Shown: one piece after another, positions 1 through 13,620 of the stretch
Numbering within the stretch: the stretch's first letter is position 1
Layout: every line of letters begins with the position of its first letter
Source of the DNA: Octopus sinensis
Lineage: Eukaryota
Direction: 5' to 3'
Assembly: GCF_006345805.1 (NCBI RefSeq)
Contig: NC_042999.1
Coordinates: forward strand, 10,602,001 to 10,666,000
Length of the DNA stretch: 64,000 nucleotides
The notes under the pieces: model-generated
What the model saw: the letters and a program-made list of their open reading frames with translations, nothing else
The model's database searches: none
Told to the model about the DNA's origin: nothing
Position numbers and translations under genes: made by a program

Positions 1-1145
1 CAACAACGCAGTAGCAACAGCAACAGAAACTTAAGACACTCTCTTCTTCGAGGCTGGTTGTTTCACGGCACCTGAATTAGTAGTCTTTGCATTTGGAGCT
101 GAAGAGATTCCACAACATTTATTTGTTGTTGAGATCCACAACATGCACATTCCTTCACTTTTGCTATCTGAGTTCTTTGTTTTTTGAGTGTCTACTAGTG
201 TCTGCTTCTACACTGGAAGAAGGAGCAGGAGGTGCTATCAAGATGCAAATGTATCAGCTGTAAGACGGAATGACCTATTCTCACTAGAGGGGAGGTAAGG
301 AAGAGTTCACGCAAGTGAAGTGTACAGCCATCTCAGTGATAAGTGTTTGTAAACAACAACAACACCAGTTTGAAATGTGTGAACCAAAATTATTATCTAC
401 AACTCAACAACATTTAATGTGGTCATCACTGACTAATAGTTGCTAAAAGATGCACTGGTTTTATACACAATAAACAGATTGAGAAATTATTGATAATATT
501 TTTCTTCACAAATTAAATTGCAATAATTCAAAAATAAAAATTATTTGTGTAGTTTATTAAAAAAAAAAAATTCTGTCTAAAAATAGTTTCTGAAAACTTA
601 AAAAAATAAGTGTTCTAAAGACAAAATAAAATTCTAATTTTATGAACAGGAACACCCAGCCAAACATCTGATTTATTTAAAATTTTATGATTAGAAAAAT
701 GGAAAATATATTTTTTAGTAAATAAAAGAAATTTTCACTTATTCACATCAACAAAGATTATTTAAAACAAAAATTCATCTTCTAGGATTCACTGATATAA
801 ATGTATATACAACAGTCCCAAGAAATGTCACACAAATTCTTTATGAATTAAGTTTCTGAGACAAGAAACACCTCCCCCACCCCACCTCACAAAAAGAAAA
901 AAAAGCTCCCCCCACAAAAAAAAACTGCAAAAAACCTCCACTTTTTTGCTGTAGGTTCTAATATTGAAAACATCAGAGTGTTATAATGTGTGTGTGTGTG
1001 TGTGGAGACAGGATGACTGGTTTAAAAGCTCCATTTGAAACTACATGGTTCCAGTTTCAATCCTCAGGCAAGTGACTTCTACTATAGCCCTGGGATGACC
1101 AATACCTTGTAAGTAAATATGGTAGGCAGAAACTGTGTAGAAGTC

Positions 1146-1183
<38 letters not shown>

Positions 1184-3144
1184 ATGCGCACGCAAATGGG
1201 TGTCTTTGTGTTCGCCCCCACCCCACTACTTGACAACTGGTGGTGGTTTGTTTATGTTCCTCAAAACTTAGCAGTTCATAGAAAGAGACTGATAGACTAA
1301 GTAGCAGACTTGGGGGTGGGGATATAAACCACAAACACAGGTGTGATTTATTCAACCAAATCTTTCAAGGTGATGCTCCAGCATGGCTTCAGTCCAGTGA
1401 CTGAAACAATTAAAAGGTATATTTTAAAGTTTCTAAACTTATTTTTAGAAATCTTGATAACTAAGACACCCTGTGGAAGCATATTCAGATTATTTAAGTC
1501 AGCAGCAACTTTCGAAATTTCATTTTTCAGCAAAATAATTATTAAAAAAAAGAAATAGATAAAAAACTTATTTTCATTTGAATATTTTGTTATCTGTAAT
1601 TTAGGATTATTTGAAATATCAAGTTACAAGAACTAGTTTAGAAAAATAAATTCAGACTTTTTACAGCAGTTTATGAAAGATTGGATCGGTTGAAAAGCTA
1701 GCAGTTAAGGCCTAGTTAAACACATACATTACTAATGAGCTTATTGTATACAGTGCTCAGGTACACTACAGCAATATAATAGAATCATTTGCATATATGG
1801 AAAGAATGTAGTTGGTAAAAGGAAGAAGGTTTTAAACTCTGTGAAAACAGGCCAAGATGAATAATCCTGGAAACGGATGCCAGCATTATAACGATAACGG
1901 ATTAGGTCTGATGTAAGTGGTCACTTAATAACACTCCCAGAGTTCTGGTAATATTTGACAGATAATAGCCTTTTTAAAAACAAAAATGATATAAGCATGT
2001 TATTTGGTTCAGCTATATTCAACAAACTTAGCCATTGAAAATAATAGGGGTTTTTTTTTTTATTCCTAACTCCAATTTTATTTCTAAAAACCTCTATATC
2101 AAATTAATAGGAATAAAATGCTGCATTAACTCTTTTTTTTATGTATTCTTTATTTTTGACGGTTTGGTCTGGAGAGAGGCAACATTGATAAGTTACCAGT
2201 TGATAGCTGAGGGAGGAGATTCCAGGTGGATAATATTCTGGGGTAGAAGGCTTGAATAGTGGTCAGTGTGGTGGTCTGGTATGAGTGAAGATGGATACAA
2301 AATCAGTGAACCAAACATTCTACTATTATTAAGTCACCTTTCAAGATATGATTTATAAAGAATGATAAAATGTGGAAGGAAATCTTCATTAAACAAAAAA
2401 CTCATTTAAGATTCTATCATATTTACTCAAGTAAAATGTTATCTTGAACGTAATGGACCCCTGCCCTCTCCTCACCATTCTTTTTAACACAAAAAGTATA
2501 ATATATTCCATCCTTTATATAATACTAGCCACTAATTTTGATCTTGATATTTTATATTAAATTTCTCACATCAGACATGAATACAATCATGTGTAAAAGA
2601 GAAAGCAATTCCAAAGAGAAGCAACCAATGCAGAAAATAATTGATGTTTTGATGTAAAAAATTAATATATTTCTTTGTTCCAAATAAAAGGAGGTAGAGA
2701 GTGGGGGGGGGGAGAGAAATAGCCGTTAGTCAAACAATTACTGATAGTTGTGAATGCTGTTTTAATTATATTACAGAAGAGTTACAAAAGGTTGTGTGGA
2801 TAATGTCAGGGGTTTAGAACTCATTAGCAGTGCTGTACTTGGAAACACTGAGCTCTTCTCTGTGTGAGCTTTAGATAACTGAAATTTAGTACAAACAAGG
2901 AAATAGTCTGATAGTCTAGCAATGATGATATGGTGTGTGTGTGTGTGTGTGTTTGTTGACATCATGTGAATAGTCGTAAAAAACAACTTTGCTGTCATAT
3001 AAGTGGTAGCCTTTGTTTCCAATTTTCCACGAAATCATGGAAACAGGTGATGACAGGGAGGACATCTAGTCATAGAAAGATCTGCCTAGAAAGAAAAAAA
3101 TTCCATCCAACCCATGCCAGCATGGAAAAATGAACTTTAAAACA

Positions 3145-3177
<33 letters not shown>

Positions 3178-3825
3178 TTCAGTAACAAGTTTTAAGATGC
3201 ACCTTCATGTTCAGTATTTTTAACCATGTTCAGTCAATTATTTGAAGGGGAATTTTGAAAAATGTCTATCTAATTAGTTAAAATACTGTTTGCCATGTAA
3301 GACAATAAACAGTTTTGATATAATTGGGCCAAAGCCTGCATTTGGTTCCACATTTACAAAATTATCCATTTCAGTTCAGATTCAAATGAAAATAATCAGA
3401 ATTTATGTAGGAACCTCTTGTTAAATTGTTCCAAACATCATGTTAAAAGTATACAAATTATTTTACTGATTCGAATCCAAATTCTTTACTGCTTTCTAAA
3501 ATTAATTGAAACAAAGTGCAATTCAACAGAAATATAATTATGAAAGGATTAACTTGTTCCAAAACGCTTAAAGAATACAAGTTAGTTATTTTACTGACTC
3601 CATCCAAATTAATTGAAACACACAGAATACTGCATTTGAATTCTGGTCCAAAAAGTGTTCATTAAATTTCTCATATGAAAAGTAAAATCAATGACTAAGT
3701 TAGTCAGACACATTCCAACCATCAGAAGCCAACGGCTGTATTTTGTTTTGTTTGTATTTAAATAACGTAGGTTGTTTTTAAAGTCTCTGTCCCACTTTGA
3801 TAAGCGTTCAGTTTAATGAATCATC

Positions 3826-4105
3826 ATCATCATCATCATCATTTAGCGTCCGTTTTCCATGCTAGCATGGGTTGGACGGTTCTACTGGGGTCTGTGAAGC
3901 CAGAAGGCTTCATCAGGCCCAGTCAAATCTGGCAGTGTTTCTACGGCTGGATGCCCTTCCTAACGCCAACCACTCCGTGAGTGTAGTGGGTGCTTTTTAC
4001 GTGCCACCCGCACTGGTGCCAGACAGAGCTGGCAAACGGCCACGAACGGATGGTGCTTTTTATGTGCCACCGGCACGAGGGCCAGGCGAGGCTGGCAACG
4101 GACGG
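3826..4105 (-). mobile_element. RTE 3'-tail fragment
   Basis: Same tail sequence as 19150-19296, reverse complemented. Confidence 0.85.
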
Positions 4106-4319
4106 AATGGCTCAATTATTTCAGTTCTTTTAATAAATGATTATCTTTCAATTATGTTGCTATTTGTCATCATCATCATCGTTTTACCTGTTTCTCCAAT
4201 ACCAGCAATAAACGTTGGATAGCACTTGTCTCGCCAGGTGCCTTCTTAACCTTTTGGATCAAATAGTAACAAAGAAAATCATCCGACTACATTGTCGTCT
4301 GTTGTCACATGCATTCTAC

Positions 4320-4514
4320 ATACTCTACTCTTTTACTTGTTTCAGTCAGTTGACTGCGGCCATGCTGGAGCACCGCCTTTAGTCGAGCAAATCGACCCCG
4401 GGACTTATTCTTTGTAAGCCCAGTACTTATTCTATCGGTCTCTTATGCCGAGCCGCTAAGTGACGGGGACGTAAACACACCAGCATCGGTTGTCAAGCAA
4501 TGCTAGGGGGACAA

Positions 4515-4550
<36 letters not shown>

Positions 4551-4721
4551 ATATATACGACAGGCTTCTTTCAGTTTCTGTCTACCAAGTTCACTCACAA
4601 GGCATTGGTCGGCCCGGGGCTATAGCAGAAGACACTTGCCCAAGATGCCACGCAGTGGGGCTGAACCCGGAACCATGTGGTTGGTAGGCAAGCTACTTAC
4701 CACACAGCCACTCCTGCGCCT
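4320..4721 (-). mobile_element. Full-length tRNA-derived SINE, family A
   Basis: Head aggcgcaggagtggctgtgtggtaag...gggttcagccc, core ccttgggcaagtgtc-type, internal (TA)n/(CA)n, tail (gagtaaaa)n. Closely matches 57135-57564 and 61031-61395. Confidence 0.92.
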
Positions 4722-4889
4722 ATGGTTGTTTTGCTCTCACCAACTTCTTTACACTTTCGATCTGGACGTATTTTAGCAGTCTGGCAATGGTACCAGAGAG
4801 AGAGAGAGAGAGAGAGAGACTGTCTGCCAGGACCAAAGGGTTCTCTTTTAGTTCTTATCCAGTGTTACTGTCCTTTACACGGGGCAGCC

Positions 4890-5560
4890 TTTGCTGTTAT
4901 TTACTCAGGCCATCTCGTCTGTTTTTGATGTTTTTTTTTATTTCTGTTTGTTTATGGTTGGAAAGTCTTTTATATTTAGTTCATTCTTAATATATCTCAG
5001 GAATGTGATTTTTTTTCAGGTCTTAATCAAAATTCTTCTTCTTGCCACTGTTTCTTCATTTATTGTCTGGTTCCAAAAATTAGGAACTCAGTAAACAGTT
5101 AAGAAATTTCACTGTTTTTTCTCCACCTCTTCAGTGCTTCACAATATTTGCCTTTCACCCTTTATTCCCTCAACTCTCTGACATTTGAGAGCTTGACAAA
5201 CTTTCCCCTTATCCTGCTCCCTGCTAGAAACCTCTCCACACAGACTGCACTATCTGTACAATACCTAATCTGTATTTAGAATAGTTACGATTGTTGCTCC
5301 TTATCGTCTTACTTGTTTACAGTCTGCAACTGCAACTTCGTGCATAACACAACCAACTTTAAACCAGTCTGCTGGGACTGTTCTGCTAAATTTTTATGTT
5401 AGGTTTTAGAATTGTCCACGCTAAAATATAAATAAGTTGTTTTTCAAGTTTACACCAAAGTTGTAAGCTGTGATTACTGGATGGCATTGAATTCGCTTGT
5501 TTTTTTTGGTAGTGTTTTAGTTGCTGTTAACTTTAGAACGAACATCTCAGGCAGTTTTCT
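4890..5560 (-). mobile_element. Degenerate LINE fragment, probably R4/Dong-type (pre-RT region)
   Basis: Minus-strand translation is basic/helical (RVKGKYCEALKRWRKNSE..LFTE) and resembles the segment before the RT in R4/Dong ORFs. Many stops. Confidence 0.4.
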
Positions 5561-6960
5561 AATAAACCAATAGAGGATTGCTGCGTTACTTGAAATACTA
5601 AACAAACATCTTGTTTTTGCTTAACTGTGTCCCATTACCAAAAATGATTTCACTGTTGTTCTCAGAAGGAATTTAGAAATATTAATAAACAAGATTAGAA
5701 CTATTTAAATATAATATTACTTCATTGGACATGGAAATATTAAATGGTAAACTTGAAAACAAAAAACAAAACAAAACAAAAAAAAAGAAGAAAAATGCAA
5801 TGTTTAGAAAAGTGTCTTGTAAAATTTCAAACTAATGGTTGTTAGTGCTGCGAGCCGTGCAGCAAGAATCACTAATCTTTTGAGTACAACATTAGATAGT
5901 AATTTTTAGTTTTTCAAAGTCTGAAATATCAGCAGCATTGGATAATAATTCATCTCCTGCAGCAAAGAATTACCATTAAAAGAGAAAGGTTACATTATTT
6001 CTCTGCTTTTAGATTTCTTTTTCTTTTAAATTCCTATTGCTTTGTCTAAATTAAAAAAAAAATAATAATTCAAGTCAGATATGTAAATTAGCTTTGTAAT
6101 GTAATTTTTAATAAACACCCATTTAAGAGTTACAAGATAACATTAGAGTGTTCATTAGTATTAATTGAGACAGAAGATGGTTGAAAACACTGGACATGTG
6201 TCTGCATCCTGCTGATGAACATCATCCTCGTTGTTGTTGTTTTAATGTCCACTTTTCCATGCTAAAAATGGAATTGGGAAGAGATGGTGTTGATTTGCCT
6301 AGCTTTTCATTGTTAAATGTTTATTAAGTAACTTCGATAAAATGTCTACAAAAATACCATTCTCTGTAACTGCTAACTTCTACGATTACCATTGCATAGG
6401 AAATACTGAATAGAACATCACAGTAAACGTCCAGAACATCATATGTAATAGGAAAGAAATGAAGCAAATGGTCCCTTGAAAGATAATTACTTCTAAACAA
6501 AGAACATTTTTAAAGAGATGTACAATTTCAATTAGCGAAAGATAAAAGATAGAATAACAAAAAAAGTAGAGAAACTAATTTCCTGTTTCCTCTCAACTAA
6601 AGATACCAACTTTTTATTGCACATTCACTTTTTATATCTTCTAATAATTTCTCCAACTAAAACTGGTACTTAGAGCTTTTATCATAGTCTATAGATTATT
6701 TATAAGTTGAGTAAATAAACGCAAGAAACACAAAGGGCAGCATGGCTAAGAAAATAATTCACCTTTATAAAAATGGAGGTTTGTGGTATAGCAGCAGCAA
6801 AATAGTTAAGATGCCTTTAGGATCATACTAGCAGAGAAGTTTCTGGTGAGGAAAGGTCCTACCCTCACTTCCACCCAAAACAAACATAGAAATTCAATGA
6901 ATTGAGACGAATATGGTGATCTTGAATGGAAATATCTCACTTGTTTGTTTCAGATTTTGG

Positions 6961-6963
<3 letters not shown>

Positions 6964-6994
<31 letters not shown>

Positions 6995-7057
6995 TCTGTC
7001 TATTAATTACTTGGTTAATCTCAGTTGATTAGTGAACCCTTCAAGTATTTGTATCAG

Positions 7058-7096
<39 letters not shown>

Positions 7097-7183
7097 TCTG
7101 TCTATTAATTACTTGGTTAATCTCAGTTGATTAGTGAACCCTTCAAGTATTTGTATCAGAGGTGTGTGTGTGTGTGTGTGTGT
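6964..7183. repeat. Exact tandem duplication of a ~67-bp unit between three (GT)n tracts
   Basis: 6993-7059 is identical to 7095-7161. Confidence 0.95.
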
Positions 7184-7184
7184 A

Positions 7185-7578
7185 TAAGCACAAGAATGGC
7201 TGAGTGGCTAACCACATGGTTTCGGGTTCAATCCCATTCTCTAGCACCTTGGGCAAGTGTCTTCTATAGCTTCAAGCTGACAAAGCCTTGTGAATAGATT
7301 TGGTAGACAGAAACTGAAAGAAGACCCAATGTGCATGTGTGTGCCTTTGTGTCCCCTTGTCTTGACATCATGTGATGGTTGTAAATGAGTGCCACTGTCA
7401 TACAAGCAGTGTCATTCATTTCTAAAATTCTGTGAAAAACATGTCTGGCCCTGGAGGGGAAATATAATCTTGCTTGGAAACAGGTGAGGGTGACAGGAGG
7501 GTCATCCAGCTTTATAAAAGCTGCCACAACAAATTCCATTTGATCCATGCCAACATGGAAAAGCGGATGTTAGAATGG
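7185..7578 (+). mobile_element. tRNA-derived SINE with family A head and RTE-like tail (family E; other pieces at about 14480-14720, 26900-27090, 29440-29762, 33900-34270, 35380-35610)
   Basis: Family A head and core, (GT)n, a distinct middle (gtcttgacatcatgtgatggttgtaaatgag), and an RTE-type end (catccagc...catgccaacatggaaaagcggatgtt). Confidence 0.75.
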
Positions 7579-7869
7579 TTACACACACAAACACACACAC
7601 ACAACCTCCTGCATTATGAACCTGTATATTTTCAGAAATTCTGAACATGAAGATGATTAGTGATACAGAAATTTAAATGGAATGATGTAAGCAAATTATT
7701 TCCAGCAGCATCCAAACACCCATTTCATATATTTTCACAAATTATTGCAACTTTTTTGGATTTTCAAAAGCTGAAAGTCTTTTGTAAATCTAACCTTCCC
7801 AATGTGATGCAGCAGTGCTGTCTGCTTCCCAGTCAGGTAACTTGAATTAAATATAGTCATAAGACTTGT

Positions 7870-8160
7870 CAGAGGTTTATATCAATGACAGGGAAGAGTG
7901 GGTCTCGGCAGTTCAGTACTGCATGTTGCTATGCAAATTGACGTAACGTTGAAAGATGTAGGAAATGTCAATTAGAGCAGTGAAACACACGTGAGTGCAA
8001 ATTCAAGAATTCAGACGATCGGCTGACAGGATGATGGCAGAACAATGAAATATGAATAAGTTATGATAGCATTGTCTATAAATTATCATAGAATTTGGGC
8101 CAGAGAGAAATACTGTGCCAAGTTTGTGTCTCATGCAACAGCAAACACCTTGAGCCATAA
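7870..8160 (+). mobile_element. Mariner transposase HTH-region relic
   Basis: Decayed DRxxxxRMMAEQ*NMNK...CAKFV-like segment. Confidence 0.45.
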
Positions 8161-8521
8161 AAGAAACTAATAAAGTGATTCACATGCAACCAGCTGGAGC
8201 AGATTTCATTGTTTGCCAAGTTGCTCTTTTGCCAACTCAATGCAATTGATATTCAAAAGAACAGAATAGTAGAATTATAATAATAGAATGGAATAATAGT
8301 GCTACAGATGAGTTTCCCAACCTATTTTCTAAAAATTTATATGTAGAAGAGTCTAACACTTTCAGAAATTTTTATCACTGAAGGAATATTCTAGAAACTG
8401 ATGCTATTTCCTTATTTTGTAATGTATGTATATCCATGTGGGTCTGCAGCTATAACATTTAGCTTGTGTTAAACTAGAATTACAAAGATTTTGATTCCAA
8501 ATCATCAAACTGCACCTTTAA

Positions 8522-8745
8522 CCCTTTCGTTACCAACCCGGCTGAAACCAGCCCTGGCTCTGAGTACAAATGTCTTGTTTTCATAAGTTTTGAATTAAAA
8601 TCTTCCACTAAACTTTAGTCACAATTTATGTTCCTAACACTAGCTTAATTGATATAACTAAGTTATTTTACTAAATTCTTTGTTATATTTAAAATTGATT
8701 GAAAGAAACACAGAGCATCTGAAAATAAATACAGTAACGAAAGGG
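8522..8745. mobile_element. piggyBac-type MITE, 224 bp
   Basis: 12-bp TIR CCCTTTCGTTAC / GTAACGAAAGGG with TTAA TSD at 8518-8521 and 8746-8749. Confidence 0.92.
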
Positions 8746-9490
8746 TTAAGGAAAACATGTTAAGCATTTGTTTTGGTGCAGCTGACTGAAATACTCTGAT
8801 AGGGAAGCGGCAGTACAGGTTTCTAACCATACACATGCACACTATCTGTCCGTCTGTCTATCCACACACACACATATACTATTGTAAGTTTGTGTTGGGT
8901 AAAAACCTGGTGTTTTCCTCATACAATCTAAACTCTTGCCTGTCTACAAATTCAAAGAAGTTCCCCTCGTACACAAACCTCAGCTGCATTACAAATAAAT
9001 GATTATGAGTCACAAAATATACAAAGGCTGTATAAATTTATACAAGGTTGAATATACCACAGTGACACGTCATTAGATTAGTATCAGGCTGTGCTTCTAC
9101 TATACATGGTGGAATTTATACAGATATGATATTGTCTGTCATGTAAAATCATTTGTTCGTAATGTGATTTAAAAAAGGAATGTCACGGAAACAATTGTAA
9201 TGAGTATTAAACTTATGCTACGTCGACTCTTCATCTTCTTTGACTTATATACACATTCACACACACACACACACACAAACATGCACACACACAATATTAT
9301 TTCCTGAAACATTTTCATTTATAAAACGAACCAACCCTCGTTAATGCAACAAAAGGGATGGCTGGTGAACAGGTATGATACTTCAAATCTCAAAGTGGGT
9401 GCTATACTGTGTAACACCTTGCCAGCAATCTTTCTTCAGCTGAGTGTGAACAAGTAAAGCACCAACCAAAATGTGACAAGAACATCTCAC

Positions 9491-9777
9491 CTGTCTGTGA
9501 AGAGATCCAGTGCTGGGACTTAGCGAAACATTTGCCTCAGATTGGGATGCAACTACCATAGAGAGAGGACGCTGCTGAGCCAGCTCTGTCTGTAGAGATT
9601 GGCTCTTTTCTAGTACAGGTGACGCCACAGGTTCAGCCTTTTCCCCTTTTTTCCGTTTCAAGGAAGCATGTTGTGTATCTATGGAAGAATTTGTTTGTAC
9701 TGAGTGGGGTTGCAGTCTTGGAGAGCCAGAGAGCGCACTGCTGGTGTCAGATTCCTCAAAACCTTGATCCGGAATAT
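9491..9777 (-). CDS. Coding exon (287 nt) of the same gene (IPDQGFEESDTSS...QQRPLSMVV...PSTGSLHRQ)
   Basis: Acceptor ccatttttcgattttccag|AT (phase 1) matches the phase-1 donor at 36102. Frame is open throughout. Donor CAG|GTGAGA (phase 0). 1318+287 = 1605 nt = 535 codons. Confidence 0.85.
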
Positions 9778-12114
9778 CTGGAAAATCGAAAAATGGAATT
9801 AGTTGATAACATTAAAATATTGGTGCTTTGTAAATCAAGAAATCTCTTTAGATTGGCGCCAGTTTAAAGAATCCTGTTGCTCCACCTGAATGAAGAATAG
9901 TCTTTGGATTAGTCTTTTTGTTGCTCTGTAAGTAATTTGTTAGAAATCCATTTTTTCCTTCTGACTTATCCTTATTTAATATATTTACTGTTGCCTAAAC
10001 ATCGGTTAATCCTAGAATTGTTTATACCATTCCTTGATTTTTTTTCGAAGAAATAGTTTTTATGATCAGATGATGCCCATCCATCCTGCTGCTAACCCAT
10101 GAATGAAGGAGAAAGACAGCAATTTCTTTTTGAAGAAACCCATTTGCACATTTAGTAAGCTAAATTATTCTGTTAAAAACATGAAGTTGCTATTTATATT
10201 TAAGCGAGGTGTGGAGTGGAGTGAACAAATATGACTGAAATCCCAAAATATTTCCAACCAACTAAAATTACACCTACAATAAAAAGAAAATAATTTGAAT
10301 AAGTAGTAATGACAAAGGAGATCATTCCAAAATCCAACCCAAAAGAGAGCATGCTGGGAGGAGTGACTAATAACAGATATGTTTCAATGTTATCAAACCT
10401 CCTCAACAGAGCATGGTCTGATGTAAATCTAACAGATTTAGAGATTTTAAGCAAAAGGGAAAAAAATTCCAATGAGGCAATTTAAAACAATGAGAGGGCA
10501 AATTTTCAGAGGAGTGCCTTTGACTTGAAGAATATTTAGTTAAGTAGGAGCAAACATACTGAATGTAATAAGCCAAACAATTTCTAATCAATTTAAATGA
10601 TGTCTATAATGTAATTTGCATCTTGATTGTAAACAGAAACCTCTGTTCCTATACAAATAATGCCAGTTATTTATATTTCTCTGTCGCAGCATGCCTAGGA
10701 TATCTCTGTCAGAGGGACTCAGTAAGAGATATCTATCAAAAAGCGATGGGGACGGATGATGAGGAGAGCATGAGGCTGTTGGAAATCTGCGGTGGTGGTG
10801 GAAGAGTCTAATAAGACTGAAATGTGAGGGGAGAGAAGTTACCATTCTTACCAAAGATCAGACTCACTTCCCACAGCCCGGCCCCTATTCAATTTATTTT
10901 TTAATTGGTTTTCATTTCAGAGTTATCTATCTTGCTTTTCTGGATGAAAATTATCATCAAAACTAATGACTTTTCTCTACATTACATGTGTAACATTTTC
11001 CAAGAAATTTTGGGAACTGGAGGTTGGGCAGGAGCGCGGGGGGGGGGCTTATTAAATTAAATATGTTAGTCACACTTGATTTCAGTTCTTTACATAGTAG
11101 ACATCCGTTGGGAAACTTGCTATTCCCTAATTTACTCTGTCAATCAGAGGAGGAGGAGGAGATGAGGAGGATTACTTTGATAATCTCAAACAGATGAAAG
11201 ACCAAACTAATCAAGATAAGATAATGTTTCTATTTTCTTAAAATATTGATATTAGTGAAGAACTAGATTAGTCTTAAATTAATGATACAATCAAGATAAT
11301 TGATTGATATTAGGTAGGATAAGGGGGGGGGTGATTGGATTAAACTGATTATTATTAAGAGATAAGACTTCATACTGAAAGAAAATTAAATTTTCATTTA
11401 TCTTTTAATGAAAACCTTAATCAATTTAGAAACCATTACGTTAATGAGCTCAAATATGAGAGAATGACATCACCAGATAAAGAAGAATGAGGCAGGATCT
11501 TATTCAGGCCTCTGAGACTGGTGAGAGGAAATTATCCAAAAACAGGGCCTCACATGTTTCTAACAATGTGAACCCTGCTAAAAGCATCCTAACAGACTTT
11601 TACAAAGACTCTGGCTACCAAATTTCACTCCCAAAGACCTGGTTAAGTTGATTACAATGTAGAAGACATTTGCCCAAGATGATGTGCAAGGGGATCAAAC
11701 CCCAAATCCACTCAGTTTGCAAAGGAAATCTCTGAAGCAGACAGCCTTGTCTTTATCAAACTTCCCTCAAACATCTTGGTTGATCTGAGGTCACAGCAGA
11801 AGACATTTGCTCACATCGTTAAGCAGTGGGATCAAACCATAAGCTGAAACTAGAAACCAGGAAGTGAAACAATCGTTTTAATTGCAGGGTCATATTTGGA
11901 ACCGTGTTAACCTCATTGAACACAACTCATAATCAGTGAAAGCCAGCCATGACCATACAGAGACAGTGTCTCCAAGATTTCATTAGTCAGAGTATACTGT
12001 TCATTATTTAAAATGGAATTTCAGGGTAATTTAGTCTGTTGTTATGAGCAGGTTGTCTGATCACATTGAGGATGGTTCTGTAGTAGGTGGAGGTGGAAGT
12101 TCATTATAATGGTA

Positions 12115-12735
12115 GGATGGTGTCAGAGGGGTGAGCATCAAAGGCAAGAAGTGTTCTGGATTGCAAGACAATGTGTGAGAGAGAACTGAGATGTCATAAG
12201 CGAAAAGTGTGTTTGGAACAATGATGGCAAACTCACCATCAATATAAAATGAAAAGAAACAAGTGTGGAGGTGCTATTATGAAAGGCTGCTGATGTGGAG
12301 AATACATGGGATAAACATGGATTATCCTGTGTAGATCTAATAAAGGGACAAGTGATTCAAGTTGACAGCAGTGTTATAAATAAAGTGATTAAGGATATGA
12401 AGCAGGGGAAAAGATTTGGATTCATCATGGACAGGTGAAGAGATGCTTAAAATATCTGGGGAGGTGGGATACCTCAACAGGTAATCAAACCATTCAGGAA
12501 GGTTTCATTCCTAATGACTGGTCTTACAATAGCAATGTAAAAAACTGCTACAAGGGTAAAGATAATGCCTTCTGACCCTGAAAGGGGCACCACAGATGCA
12601 ATCTTCCTAGTGAAGCAACTGCAGGTGAAATACCTGGTTAAGAATAAATTGCCATCCCTGGATTTCTTTGATTTGGAGAAAGCATTTGACAGGGTATTAC
12701 ACTCAGTAATTTGGTGATCTCTGACAAAACTATCT
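12115..12735 (+). mobile_element. Degenerate RTE LINE RT fragment
   Basis: Parallels 47200-47900; includes IPNDW, KGK and LEKAFDRV motifs. Confidence 0.8.
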
Positions 12736-13371
12736 CTTGCTGTTCCTTTTCTCTTACTCCCCCCCTCCTTTACTAGTAGTAGTCATGCAAATCCTCTACA
12801 AGAACCTGCATTGCCCCCACCCCACCCCAAGCATGAAGTTGACCCCTGCCACCCAGTGAGTTGCACTGCATCCTCAGTTGTGCAGCAGATGGCATGAAAA
12901 AAAGCCCCTAGTCCTTGCTGTAGAGTGGTTAGTGTTAGGAAGGGATATCCAGCCGTAAAAACCATTCCAAAACAGAGATTGGAGAACAATACAGTCTTTG
13001 GACACATCAGATCCTGTCTAACTGTCCGACTCTGGTCAGCATGGAACCATGGCATTAAATGATGATGATGAAAATGATTATAATGTTAAATATGACAAAA
13101 AGAGAAGAAAAAAAGAGAGTAGGTAATGGAATTACTTATTTATTTATTTATGAATGAGATATTAAATTTTAAGAGTGCAGAGGATCATGGAACAAGAATT
13201 TGGTTGAGGAAGTTAAACATTTCTAATGACTGCTTAAAACTGGAATCAAAGATTGACAGAAACGATCTGAAAAGAAACTAGAAACTTTACATTTAAGTTT
13301 ATCAACTGCATCTTGATGGAACTGAACCCTTAATTATCTCCTTATTTTAGACTATAATAATATATTATATA

Positions 13372-13620
13372 ATCATCATCATCATCATCGTTTAACATCC
13401 GCTTTCCATGCTAGCATGGGTTGGACGGTTCAACTGGGGTCTGGGAAGCCCGAAGGCTGCACCAGGCTCCAGTCAGATCTGGCAGTGTTTCTACAGCTGG
13501 ATGCCCTTCCTAACACCAACCACTCCGTGAGTGTAGTGGGTGCTTTTTATGTGCCACCAACACAGGTGCCAGACGAGGCTGGCGAATGGCCACACTCGGA
13601 TGGTGTTTTTTACGTGCAAA
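13372..13620 (-). mobile_element. RTE 3'-tail fragment
   Basis: Near-identical to the other tail copies. Confidence 0.85.

Noticed and set aside
1-350. Possible next exon of the minus-strand gene, or a plus-strand exon ending at GTAAGG (296)
   Set aside because: No combination of strong acceptor, donor and open frame. The phase-0 minus-strand option ends in a stop with a doubtful acceptor, and the plus-strand acceptor is GAG.
2771-2886. Phase-0 acceptor (tttcag) leading to LSKAHTEKSSVFPS...* as a terminal exon
   Set aside because: Weak polypyrimidine tract, no protein-like features and no supporting signals.
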